Source: Bacteroidales bacterium
GTDB lineage: Bacteria; Bacteroidota; Bacteroidia; Bacteroidales; JAGONC01
Length of the DNA stretch: 49,091 nucleotides
Direction of reading: 5' to 3'
Assembly: GCA_023133655.1 (NCBI GenBank)
Contig: JAGLWB010000388.1
Span: 1 to 49,091, forward strand
Position numbers and translations under genes: made by a program. Positions 1-7,855 of this stretch are shown here, piece after piece. Below the pieces are notes generated by a model. That model made no database searches. It saw nothing but the letters and a program-made list of their open reading frames with translations, and was not told the DNA's origin. How positions within the stretch are numbered: position 1 is the first letter of the stretch; each line of letters opens with the position of its first letter.

Positions 1-323
1 TCAAATCCTGAACTTGTTAGCCTTTCATCAATATTGTCGAATAATGATTTTGTAAATTCAGGTTCTGCTTTGCTTTCCGATAAATGAGCAAAAGAGTGTA
101 AAATTATTTTTTTTGTATTGTTCTTACCTGCAATCCATTTCAGGTTTTTCAATAACTTCTTTTTAACAGCTGTTTCGTTTTCCTCATCTTCTTTTTCAAC
201 ATGAATAAAGGCAGCCTGAATGTTTTTATATTCTTTTTCTTCTGAGAAATCCTCTGCCGATTCAATTGTTTTAATCGTAGGTTTAAAAGAAAAATCAGTC
301 ATATAGATCATTAACAATTTCAT
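1..323 (-). CDS. Free-standing archaeal-type threonyl-tRNA synthetase editing-domain protein (tRNA-Thr_ED-like), runs off the window edge
   Basis: Not in the ORF track. Manual translation from ATG at 323: MKLLMIYMTDFSFKPTIKTIES...AFIHVEKEDEE...KIILHSFAHLSESKAEPEF. The FIHVE and AHLS motifs match the archaeal ThrRS editing domain; open to position 1. Confidence 0.75.
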   Translation of the reverse strand, partial: MKLLMIYMTDFSFKPTIKTIESAEDFSEEKEYKNIQAAFIHVEKEDEENETAVKKKLLKNLKWIAGKNNTKKIILHSFAHLSESKAEPEFTKSLFDNIDERLTSSGF

Positions 324-372
324 AATTATAGAGTTTAAATTTTACACACCCCTTCCATCAAACATCAAAATT

Positions 373-477
373 CTATTGATAATTTTTCTTTTTAAGCAGA
401 TACCTTATCAGCTGAAACGCAATGATGATTAACAAGGGCCAGGCAATAAGCCAAATTATTGATTCTAAATAGTTCAT
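373..477 (-). CDS. Small single-TM peptide, candidate cytochrome bd accessory subunit (CydS/CydX-like)
   Basis: Manual translation MNYLESIIWLIAWPLLIIIAFQLIRYLLKKKNYQ* (34 aa). Hydrophobic helix with basic tail, starting 20 nt after the cydB stop, same strand. Confidence 0.65.
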   Translation of the reverse strand: MNYLESIIWLIAWPLLIIIAFQLIRYLLKKKNYQ

Positions 478-497
478 GGTCTTTTATTTTTTATGTA

Positions 498-1652
498 TCA
501 ATACTTCATTGTGTCATTTTCAATATCAGCTTCATTCACTTTTTGTTTATTCAATGATTTCCAGGAGTACCAGATATATGCTACTACAAAAGGGACTAAT
601 AAAGAAACATAACTCATAGTAGTAAGCGTATATTTACTTGAGGAGGCATTATGAATGGTCAATGAACTTTGCAGATCAAAAGTTGATGGGTAAAAGGCCG
701 TATTATTAAGACCCGCCAGCATTAGAATTGAAAAGACCGTTAATACTGTTCCAGCTCCAGCAAACCAAATTCCTTTTGATGAAATTTTAAAAGCCCCAAG
801 AAAAATGCCGGATAATACCCCTACAACACCTGCCAACAAGAGGATCAACACTAATGGCATCTCTAAAAGATTATGCAGGTACTTGAATTTTTCCAGAAAT
901 ACCACCTTCGTATCAGGATCAACAGCAAATCCTTCTCGTGTCAATATCAAATCAATGAATAATAAAAAAAATCCAAGAAATGCAGCACTACATATTTTCA
1001 CTGTTTTAGCTGCACGTTGAATGATTTCGGAATGATCGATATTATTTATAAAATAGAGCATTGCCAAAACCCGGGCCAGGAAAAACACGGCCAGCCCGAG
1101 TGATAAATTAGTAATGTTAAATGCTGCTTCAAGCCCATGGGTGGCTGTTTCCCAGCGAGAAATAACCGGATCAGATACATTTGTGATATTCATTTTATCA
1201 ACAGAGAATTCTGAACCGGTGAAAAAGGTTCCCACAGCTACACCTATTAAAATGGTGCTTAATAAACCGTTGATAAACAGAAAAGTATCATACGTTTTAC
1301 GGCCCAGGAAATTGTTTGCTTTTGTGCGATACTCATAAGAAACAGCCTGAATTATAAAACTAAATAATATAAGCATCCACACCCAGTATGCACCCCCAAA
1401 GCTGGTTGAATAAAACAAAGGAAATGAAGCAAAAAAAGCTCCTCCGAAAGTCACAAGGGTTGTAAAAGTCAGGTCCCATTTTCGCCCGATGGAGTTAATT
1501 AATAAAGAACGTTCTTTATCGTTTTTAGCTAATTGCCTTATTAATGTTTGCCCACCTTGAACAAACATTAAAAAAATCAGAAGGGCAGCCAATAATGATA
1601 CGATAATCCACCAATAAGCTTGTAAAACCGGATAAGATAAATTACTAAACAT
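498..1652 (-). CDS. cydB: Cytochrome bd ubiquinol oxidase subunit II
   Basis: Multi-TM protein with GRKWDLTFTTLVTFGGAFFASFPLFY and SSLTIHNASSS motifs; overlaps the end of cydA. Confidence 0.95.
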   Translation of the reverse strand: MFSNLSYPVLQAYWWIIVSLLAALLIFLMFVQGGQTLIRQLAKNDKERSLLINSIGRKWDLTFTTLVTFGGAFFASFPLFYSTSFGGAYWVWMLILFSFIIQAVSYEYRTKANNFLGRKTYDTFLFINGLLSTILIGVAVGTFFTGSEFSVDKMNITNVSDPVISRWETATHGLEAAFNITNLSLGLAVFFLARVLAMLYFINNIDHSEIIQRAAKTVKICSAAFLGFFLLFIDLILTREGFAVDPDTKVVFLEKFKYLHNLLEMPLVLILLLAGVVGVLSGIFLGAFKISSKGIWFAGAGTVLTVFSILMLAGLNNTAFYPSTFDLQSSLTIHNASSSKYTLTTMSYVSLLVPFVVAYIWYSWKSLNKQKVNEADIENDTMKY

Positions 1653-3174
1653 GGCTTCCTCCTTCCTCTGGACCCTTTTTTATTTGGGTGATTAAAATTT
1701 TAACTTCTGCTATTAATAAGATGGTGAAAAGTGCTAAAAAAATAAAAAATGTTGTTTGGACAGAACCAACACTAAGATGTGAAGTGGAAACACCAACCGG
1801 TAATATATTCTGAATCGTCCAGGGCTGGCGGCCAACTTCAGCCACTACCCATCCCAATTCAGAAGCGATTAATCCAAAAAGGAAAGACCAAACGGATATA
1901 CGCAAAAGCAATTTGCTTTTTCCAATCTTATCCTTCAGGCTTGCATACAGAAGCCAGGCAAACAATAGGATGAAAAACAAGCCAAGTCCAACCATAATAT
2001 GAAACGAGTAAAAGGTCAGGTGGACATTCGGAACAATATCTTCTTTGTTTTCAAAATACCCATATCCGAAATGGCTGTAATTTTCTTCGAACTCCTTTAA
2101 TTTCAGGCTGGTCATCTCTTCATTACCCTCATTTTTAGCCTTTTTATAATCAGCCAGGGCCTGAATTGATATTTTCCCTTTTTTCATCCGGGTTTCAGCC
2201 GGGAGTATACCCTGCTCAGCATTCCCGTTAACTAAGTCGTTGATTCCGGGAACAAATGCATTAACATCTTTAAATGCAAGTACTGATAATAAACCCGGTA
2301 ATCTTACTCCCTTAAAATTGCTATTGTTCTTTTCGTTATTCAAAAATCCCAAAGCATTCAAATCAGCTTTTTCTTCTCCATCATACAATCCTTCCATCGC
2401 TGCCAGTTTCATTGGTTGTGTTTGTGCTACATCATAAGCAGAGCTGTCGCCTGTGAAAGCAACGAATAGCGAAGCAAGCAATCCGAATACTGAAGCGATC
2501 AAAATACTTTTTTTTGCAAAAAGCAAATGCCTGTTTTTTAAAATATACCAGGCACTCACTGCAACAACAAATAAGGCACCAACTATATACGCCTGAGATA
2601 CTGTATGCAAAAACTTAAACACCGCAGTAGGAGAGAGTGCAATTTCAAAAAAATCAACCATCTCGTTTCTTACCGTATCCGGGTTGAATTTCATTCCGAC
2701 AGGATTTTGCATCCATGCATTGGCAATTAATATCCATAATGCTGACAAGTTAGAGCCGAAAGCCACCAACCAGGAAGAAACCATATGAAATTTTTCACTC
2801 ACCCTGTCCCAGCCAAAAAACATTACGGCAATAAATGTTGATTCCAGAAAAAAGGCCAGGATTCCCTCTATGGCAAGAGGAGCTCCAAAAATATCGCCTA
2901 CAAACCAGGAATAATTCGACCAGTTTGTTCCGAACTCAAATTCAAGGATAATCCCTGTCGCAACGCCGATCGCAAAATTTATCCCGAACAGTTTCATCCA
3001 GAACTTTGTCATTTTCTTCCACTTTTCATCTCTTGTTCTGTAATATATCGTGTGCATAAAAGCTACAATAAATGACAAGCCCAGAGTAAGCGGAACAAAA
3101 ATCCAATGGTACATTGCTGTCAGGGCAAACTGAGCCCGTGACCAATCAACCAGAGAAATATCAAAATGATCCAT
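1645..3174 (-). CDS. cydA: Cytochrome bd ubiquinol oxidase subunit I
   Basis: RAQFALTAMYHWIFVPLT, FEFGTNW, QPMKLAAMEG, FHIMVG and EVGRQPW heme-ligand/signature motifs. Confidence 0.97.
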   Translation of the reverse strand: MDHFDISLVDWSRAQFALTAMYHWIFVPLTLGLSFIVAFMHTIYYRTRDEKWKKMTKFWMKLFGINFAIGVATGIILEFEFGTNWSNYSWFVGDIFGAPLAIEGILAFFLESTFIAVMFFGWDRVSEKFHMVSSWLVAFGSNLSALWILIANAWMQNPVGMKFNPDTVRNEMVDFFEIALSPTAVFKFLHTVSQAYIVGALFVVAVSAWYILKNRHLLFAKKSILIASVFGLLASLFVAFTGDSSAYDVAQTQPMKLAAMEGLYDGEEKADLNALGFLNNEKNNSNFKGVRLPGLLSVLAFKDVNAFVPGINDLVNGNAEQGILPAETRMKKGKISIQALADYKKAKNEGNEEMTSLKLKEFEENYSHFGYGYFENKEDIVPNVHLTFYSFHIMVGLGLFFILLFAWLLYASLKDKIGKSKLLLRISVWSFLFGLIASELGWVVAEVGRQPWTIQNILPVGVSTSHLSVGSVQTTFFIFLALFTILLIAEVKILITQIKKGPEEGGSHV

Positions 3175-3184
3175 AATACATCAT

Positions 3185-3388
3185 TTAATTATTTATTAAT
3201 TGTTCAAACACATAATCACCCTTTTCTTTATCAGTTTCAAATTTTGAATTCAAAAAATCAGGGAAAAAGAATATTCTTAAGACGAAAAGTATAATGAATA
3301 GTTTTACCAATATTATGATCCATAGCCTTACGCTATGCCTCGACATATTTTTAAACCCATCAATATAGAAATAGAATACTTTTTTCAT
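3185..3388 (-). CDS. DUF4492-family small membrane protein (typical upstream of Bacteroidota cydA)
   Basis: FYIDGFKNM...LWIIILVKLFIILFVLRIFFFPDFL pattern; directly upstream of cydA. Confidence 0.85.
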   Translation of the reverse strand: MKKVFYFYIDGFKNMSRHSVRLWIIILVKLFIILFVLRIFFFPDFLNSKFETDKEKGDYVFEQLINN

Positions 3389-3410
3389 TTCCTCATTTAT
3401 AAAGAAAACT

Positions 3411-3455
3411 ATGAACCGGCTATCAAACCGACAGGTTAACCCGTCGGTTCATGTT
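3411..3455. repeat. REP-like palindromic element, copy A
   Basis: ATGAACCG...AACCGACAGG-TTAA-CCCGTCGGTTCATGTT. Its reverse complement shares 17 identical nt (AACATGAACCGACGGGT) plus GTCGGTTTG with 15101-15134. Confidence 0.7.
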
Positions 3456-3467
3456 AGTTTCATCTGC

Positions 3468-3806
3468 TTAGAATTCCTTCAATTCATTTTTTTTATACGC
3501 TTCATAAGCTTCTTTAACAGTCATTTCACCTGCGCCTATGTATATTTTAATGCCGGCTCTTTCCAGAACTGTTGCCGCATTACCCCCGGGCCCATTTCCT
3601 GTAATTAATAGGCCGGGATTCAATTCAAACAACTTTTGGGCTGTTTGAGGGCCTGCACCATGTGCTACACCTTCGACGTCCCTATTATCAAACTGTGTGA
3701 ATTCATCAGTTTCATCATCATAAACGAGAAAAAATTCTGTTCTTCCAAAGCGTGGATCCATCATAGAATCCCACGTTGTTCCTTTTGCTGTGAATGCTAT
3801 TTTCAT
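3468..3806 (-). CDS. NifB/NifX (MTH1175/Orange protein-like) metal-cluster-binding protein
   Basis: DPRFGR, AHGAG and LITGNGPGGNA motifs. Confidence 0.88.
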   Translation of the reverse strand: MKIAFTAKGTTWDSMMDPRFGRTEFFLVYDDETDEFTQFDNRDVEGVAHGAGPQTAQKLFELNPGLLITGNGPGGNAATVLERAGIKIYIGAGEMTVKEAYEAYKKNELKEF

Positions 3807-3844
3807 TTCAATTCTTTTAATTAATTTTTACTAATTGTCAATTG

Positions 3845-4726
3845 TCAATTATTAATTGTCAATTGTTTTACTTTGCTCCAACTTTCTGTTAAAATTGTTT
3901 GTAATTGGCCTTTATCAAATTCAACAATTGTCTGCCCGACTGTCATTGCTTTTGTAAAATTATCATCATAGGGCAAATTTGAAATATGGGCAATATTTTC
4001 TTTTTTAAGAAATTCCCCAATCTCTTTTGTCACATTTTCATTGATATCGAATTTATTGATTATACAACCTGCTTTGATATTAAACTTTTTAACCAGTTTG
4101 TATACCCTTTTTAGATCATGCAAACCAGAAACCGAAGGCTCGGTCACCAGAACCACAAAGTTGGCTCCTGAGAGGGATGAAACAACAGGGCAACCAACTC
4201 CCGGGGAACCATCAATAATGATAAAATCACTATTTCTGTTTTTTGCAAGCAGCTTGGCTTCGTTTTTCACTTTTGCAACAAGCTTTCCTGAGTTATCTGC
4301 ACCAATGGCAAGCTTTGCATGTACCATTACGCTGCCGGTTTTGATGTTCGAAATATACCACTGGCCAACATTTTGACTTTCGTTTGTTATAGCATTCGTT
4401 GGGCAAACACGTGCACAATAGCCACATCCTTCACAATCTAACGGTTGAACTATGTATTGAGTATCTATAATAGGAATGGCGTCAAAACGACAAACCTCAG
4501 CGCATTTACCACACTTAATGCACTCATCCTGATTAATTATGGCAACCTCGCCACTGTAGAAATCTTCTGCTTTGGAAAAATCGGGTTGTAAAAGAAGATG
4601 CATATCTGCAGCATCAACGTCGCAATCAGCTACAACGGTTTCCTCTCCACCCAAATATGCAAACGATGCAGTTACAGATGTTTTCCCCGTGCCCCCCTTC
4701 CCTGAAATAACAACTATCTCTTTCAT
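3845..4726 (-). CDS. MinD/CobQ-superfamily P-loop ATPase with inserted 2x[4Fe-4S] ferredoxin domain
   Basis: SGKGGTGKT, DCDVDAAD, CIKCGKCAEVC / CEGCGYCARVCP, DGSPGVGCPV. Confidence 0.92.
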   Translation of the reverse strand: MKEIVVISGKGGTGKTSVTASFAYLGGEETVVADCDVDAADMHLLLQPDFSKAEDFYSGEVAIINQDECIKCGKCAEVCRFDAIPIIDTQYIVQPLDCEGCGYCARVCPTNAITNESQNVGQWYISNIKTGSVMVHAKLAIGADNSGKLVAKVKNEAKLLAKNRNSDFIIIDGSPGVGCPVVSSLSGANFVVLVTEPSVSGLHDLKRVYKLVKKFNIKAGCIINKFDINENVTKEIGEFLKKENIAHISNLPYDDNFTKAMTVGQTIVEFDKGQLQTILTESWSKVKQLTINN

Positions 4727-5565
4727 AATATATGCTCTATAATTCCATCCAACTGTTGTTTTACTTCAGGGAGTTTCCTGTAAATTAATTCACCTGAAGA
4801 ATAGAGCTCAGCAATTTTACGGCTATTGGGGATTTTTGCAAGAATTGGGATATTCTCCTCTTTACAATACCTGAGTACATCATCATTGCCAATACCAAAA
4901 CGATTAACCACCACGCCTGTTTCCTTCTTTAACTCCTTCATTGTTTCCACTGCCAGTTTTAGATCATGCAGTCCAAAAGGGGTTGGCTCTGTAACCAGAA
5001 TAACAAAATCAGCATCTTTTGTTGCTTCAATCACCGGGCATGAAGTCCCCGGCGGTGCATCGTATAGTTTAATTATTTCATTTGGAAAATGACGGTCAAC
5101 ATAATCAAGCGTCTGGGAAATTAGCGGTACTGCCTGTTCCTGGCCAATCTCAAGCCTGCTTTCAATAAAAGTAAGTTTATTTCTATGGTAATGACTCAGC
5201 TCGCCCATTTTTTGTGGAATCATTGGTAAAGCATCTGTTGGGCATAATTCCGAACAGGCATAACAACTATGGCACAATTCAGGGAAGACCAAAATTTGAG
5301 TTCCCAGTTGGATCACTGCATGAAAATTACAAACCTTCTGACAAATTCCGCATAACGTACACTTATCCTCAATCCATTCAGGTATCATTTTGAATTTGTC
5401 TTCTTTTTTAACCAAATCAGCATTAATGAATAATCCTGAATTTGGCTCTTCTACATCGAGATCCGTCAAAACTACCTCCTCTTTTTCCGCCAGGTAACTT
5501 GCCAGATTAGTTGCCAATGTTGTTTTTCCGGTCCCTCCTTTTCCACTTGCAATAGCAATCTTCAT
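4723..5565 (-). CDS. MinD/CobQ-superfamily P-loop ATPase with inserted 2x[4Fe-4S] ferredoxin domain (paralog)
   Basis: SGKGGTGKTT, DLDVEEPN, CTLCGICQKVC / CHSCYACSELCP, DAPPGTSCPV, TEPTPFGLHDL. Confidence 0.92.
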   Translation of the reverse strand: MKIAIASGKGGTGKTTLATNLASYLAEKEEVVLTDLDVEEPNSGLFINADLVKKEDKFKMIPEWIEDKCTLCGICQKVCNFHAVIQLGTQILVFPELCHSCYACSELCPTDALPMIPQKMGELSHYHRNKLTFIESRLEIGQEQAVPLISQTLDYVDRHFPNEIIKLYDAPPGTSCPVIEATKDADFVILVTEPTPFGLHDLKLAVETMKELKKETGVVVNRFGIGNDDVLRYCKEENIPILAKIPNSRKIAELYSSGELIYRKLPEVKQQLDGIIEHIL

Positions 5566-5576
5566 CTCATTAAATC

Positions 5577-5915
5577 TTAATGATCACACAGGTTTTCTCC
5601 GCTCTCAAGTTGATTAGCCAAATATTGTTCAACAAGTTTTACCGGATTTTCAGAATTAATACCTATAAATACCTCTATATTATTTTGCGCAAACAGGTCT
5701 TGTGCTTTCATTCCCATCCCTCCTGAAATGATAGTACTAACACCAAGTTCAGCTAAAAATCGCGGATAGGTACCGGGCTGATGTATCGGTGGATTAAAAA
5801 ATTTAAGATTTAAGATTTTCTGGTCTTCTGTCTCAACTACTGCAAATTTTTCGCAGTGGCCAAAATGAGCACAAAGATTCCCATCAATAGTGGGAATAGC
5901 AAATAATTTATTCAT
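5577..5915 (-). CDS. NifB/NifX family metal-cluster-binding protein
   Basis: LCAHFGHCEKF, PPIHQPG, SGGMG and C-terminal NLCDH. Confidence 0.88.
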   Translation of the reverse strand: MNKLFAIPTIDGNLCAHFGHCEKFAVVETEDQKILNLKFFNPPIHQPGTYPRFLAELGVSTIISGGMGMKAQDLFAQNNIEVFIGINSENPVKLVEQYLANQLESGENLCDH

Positions 5916-5924
5916 TGTAAATTA

Positions 5925-6146
5925 TTATTTATTTAACAATTCTTCTCTGATCATAGTTTTCCCACATTCGGGGCATTTAAGTGTTGTACACTTCACCCCT
6001 TGTTGATGTGGGACTTTTGCACCGCATTTTGCACATACACAATAACCGCCTACGCCAAATGCACCGCCTTTATTTCGGCCACGGCCACCGCCACGTCCCA
6101 AGCCTCTTCCGCCGCCTGGGTTAATATTTCTTCCGAAATTATTCAT
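5925..6146 (-). CDS. Small Gly/Arg-rich Zn-ribbon protein
   Basis: GRG repeats followed by CVCAKCG...HQQGVKC...CPECG; co-oriented within the operon. Confidence 0.75.
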   Translation of the reverse strand: MNNFGRNINPGGGRGLGRGGGRGRNKGGAFGVGGYCVCAKCGAKVPHQQGVKCTTLKCPECGKTMIREELLNK

Positions 6147-6206
6147 TTTATCATTTTTTTAGTTAATAATTTAGATTTGATTCTAGAATCAAGTGTGTAA
6201 TTAAAT

Positions 6207-6336
6207 TCCCCCTTCCCAACCTTCCCCACGGGGAAGGAGTTATCAACTTTTCATCCCCTTTACCCACGGGGGGCAGGATTTGTCAATTTCTTCATCCCCC
6301 TTCCCCCGTGGGGAAAAGGGTTAGGAATAGGGGGAG
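6207..6336. repeat. GC-rich composite palindromic (MITE/REP-like) insertion
   Basis: Three related hairpin units (CCTTCCCCACGGGGAAGG; CCCCTTTACCCACGGGGGG; CCCTTCCCCCGTGGGGAAAAGGG) with imperfect inverted ends, set in AT-rich context. Confidence 0.65.
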
Positions 6337-6356
6337 GAAAAGTGTAAAAAAAATGA

Positions 6357-6677
6357 TTACTCTTTTCCTTCAACTTTTTTAAGCTGTTCCTCTAATGATG
6401 ACACCTGGTCTTTAAGAACCCTGATCTCATTTTCGATTACAGTCTTCTCCTTAACATTTGGGGCAGTTTCATCAAAAAAATATCCACGGCCATATCCAAA
6501 TCCTCTTCCCAATCCTCTTCCATAACCGAACCCTCGGCCAAACCCACGGCCAAATCCTCTTCCGTACCCTCTTCCCAAATTTGAGAAGGTACTTCGATCA
6601 TTCCCAACGCAAAGTCCCATCTGCCTTCCTGTTAGCGGGCCCATTCCTTCAGGCCCTGTTTTGTCTCTTCCTGGCAT
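6357..6677 (-). CDS. DUF5320-family Gly/Arg-rich protein
   Basis: MPGRDKTGPEGMGPLTGRQMGLC start (ATG 6677, preceded by AAGGAGGT), GRGFG repeats and a C-terminal coiled coil. The track's 6740 start is an overlap extension. Confidence 0.85.
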   Translation of the reverse strand: MPGRDKTGPEGMGPLTGRQMGLCVGNDRSTFSNLGRGYGRGFGRGFGRGFGYGRGLGRGFGYGRGYFFDETAPNVKEKTVIENEIRVLKDQVSSLEEQLKKVEGKE

Positions 6678-7134
6678 AATTACCTCCTTTTTTAAAGTTT
6701 CTATTAGTACAGCATCTACCATGTCCAAACCCTCCCGCAAGGTTTATTAAATTTTGGGATTTACAAGCAGGACATTCCGTAAATGCATTTTCTATACTTA
6801 TTTCAAACATATACCCACAATCCACGCAGCGAATAATATTATTTCTGAAATGCACATTTCCGCCTTCTATTGTTAAGAGTTTCCCCTGAATAATAAAGTC
6901 AGCAATTTTTTTTCTCGCTTTTTCAATCAGCCTGGTAAAAGTTGAACGTGAAATCTCCATTTCGTCCGCTGCTTCAATATGCGGTAAGCCAACAAAATCA
7001 GCTAATCTGAAAGCTTCATATTCATCCAGCGAGAGTTTAGTTTGCTTTAATGATCTTCCGGCAACCCCAACAGGTTTAAACTCTGAAAACATGGGAGGGT
7101 TATGAATAATTCTTTCCTTTTCCGGCCTGGCCAT
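6649..7134 (-). CDS. DUF134 (UPF0251) predicted DNA-binding regulator with C-terminal Zn ribbon
   Basis: MARP...FKPVG...LSLDEYEAFRLADF...EAADEMEISRSTFTR (HTH) and CVDCG...CPAC. Confidence 0.9.
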   Translation of the reverse strand: MARPEKERIIHNPPMFSEFKPVGVAGRSLKQTKLSLDEYEAFRLADFVGLPHIEAADEMEISRSTFTRLIEKARKKIADFIIQGKLLTIEGGNVHFRNNIIRCVDCGYMFEISIENAFTECPACKSQNLINLAGGFGHGRCCTNRNFKKGGNYARKRQNRA

Positions 7135-7160
7135 AATTCATTTATATTTACTATTCGCTG

Positions 7161-7192
7161 CAAAGGTAATGCACTTATGTTCATAATACAAA
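7161..7192 (-). promoter_or_regulatory. Bacteroidota sigma-A promoter for the DUF134 operon, with a palindromic candidate operator in the spacer
   Basis: Minus strand: TTTG (7192-7189), 20-nt spacer, TACCTTTG (7168-7161). The spacer holds the imperfect palindrome ATGAACATAAGTGCAT (7184-7169). Confidence 0.75.
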
Positions 7193-7370
7193 TTTTTTAG
7201 AAAAATAATTAATTTTTTTTAGAAGGGAACAAAAATTAAAAAATGCAGCACTCAAAATATAAACCAACCCAACGGAAATCAATGGTTACAGAAAAGATTT
7301 TGTGGCCGTACAAAAATCACGGAAAGAAACATTACCCTTCGCAAAGGGACCTGATCATTTGCTTCGTATT

Positions 7371-7490
7371 AAACCCAGAGGGTTTGTATATTTATAGCAA
7401 ACAGAGCGTTAAAGGTTGCATATGACCCCGGCCGGGGTCATATTTTTCTCACCATTTTGTTTCCTATAGACATTCGATGCCTCTGGCATC
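7371..7490. repeat. Composite palindromic REP/MITE-like element
   Basis: Left AAACCCAGAGGGTTTGTATATTTATAG, central perfect palindrome ATATGACCCCGGCCGGGGTCATAT, right CTATAGACATTCGATGCCTCTGGCATC; the ends are imperfect inverted copies. Confidence 0.65.
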
Positions 7491-7497
7491 TCAACAC

Positions 7498-7530
7498 AAG
7501 TGTCAGGCACTTTAAAAATGCCCGACACTT
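7498..7530. repeat. Short palindromic REP-like element
   Basis: AAGTGTCAGGCA-CTTTAAAAA-TGCCCGACACTT. Confidence 0.55.
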
Positions 7531-7580
7531 CCACGAGAATTGTTATGGTTAATCTGGTTAACCGGGAAAATTAAATGGTA

Positions 7581-7736
7581 TTAAATGGCATTTAACCAAA
7601 GGGTTTTATTATTATACTTCTGTAGCAGCCTTCTCACCAAGTTCGTTTTTCCAACCTGCCTCGGACCAGGTAAAAGAATGGTTTTTCCAGTAAAAAACCT
7701 GCTATGGATTAGCTCTTCGAGTGTTCTTTTAATCAT
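7581..7736 (-). pseudogene. N-terminal fragment of an AAA_14/DUF4143-type ATPase
   Basis: MIKRTLEELIHSRFFTGKTILLPGPRQVGKT...LWLNA then stop. The GPRQVGKT Walker A is typical of this ~400-aa family; the rest is absent. Confidence 0.75.
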
Positions 7737-7855
7737 TCTGGTGATTATGATCGACAAATACACGTAAATATGTCGAAAGTAATCGATAATAAATAATATT
7801 TTTTCAATATGTGGTTATGTTGACAATAACAGGAATATTAATAAGAAACAAGAAT

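Noticed and set aside
1653-1665. AGGAGG Shine-Dalgarno before cydB as a sign of foreign origin
   Set aside because: It lies within the CydA C-terminal codons (EEGGS) and is weak evidence alone.
3468-5915. NifX/NifB-like genes as evidence of nitrogen fixation
   Set aside because: No nifHDK/ENB in the window; the context is the MinD-ferredoxin/DUF134 cluster common in non-diazotrophic anaerobes.
7243-7425. 60-aa plus-strand ORF; likewise 7897-8079 and 41336-41518
   Set aside because: They run through repeat elements or AT-rich intergenic DNA and show no protein-like features.
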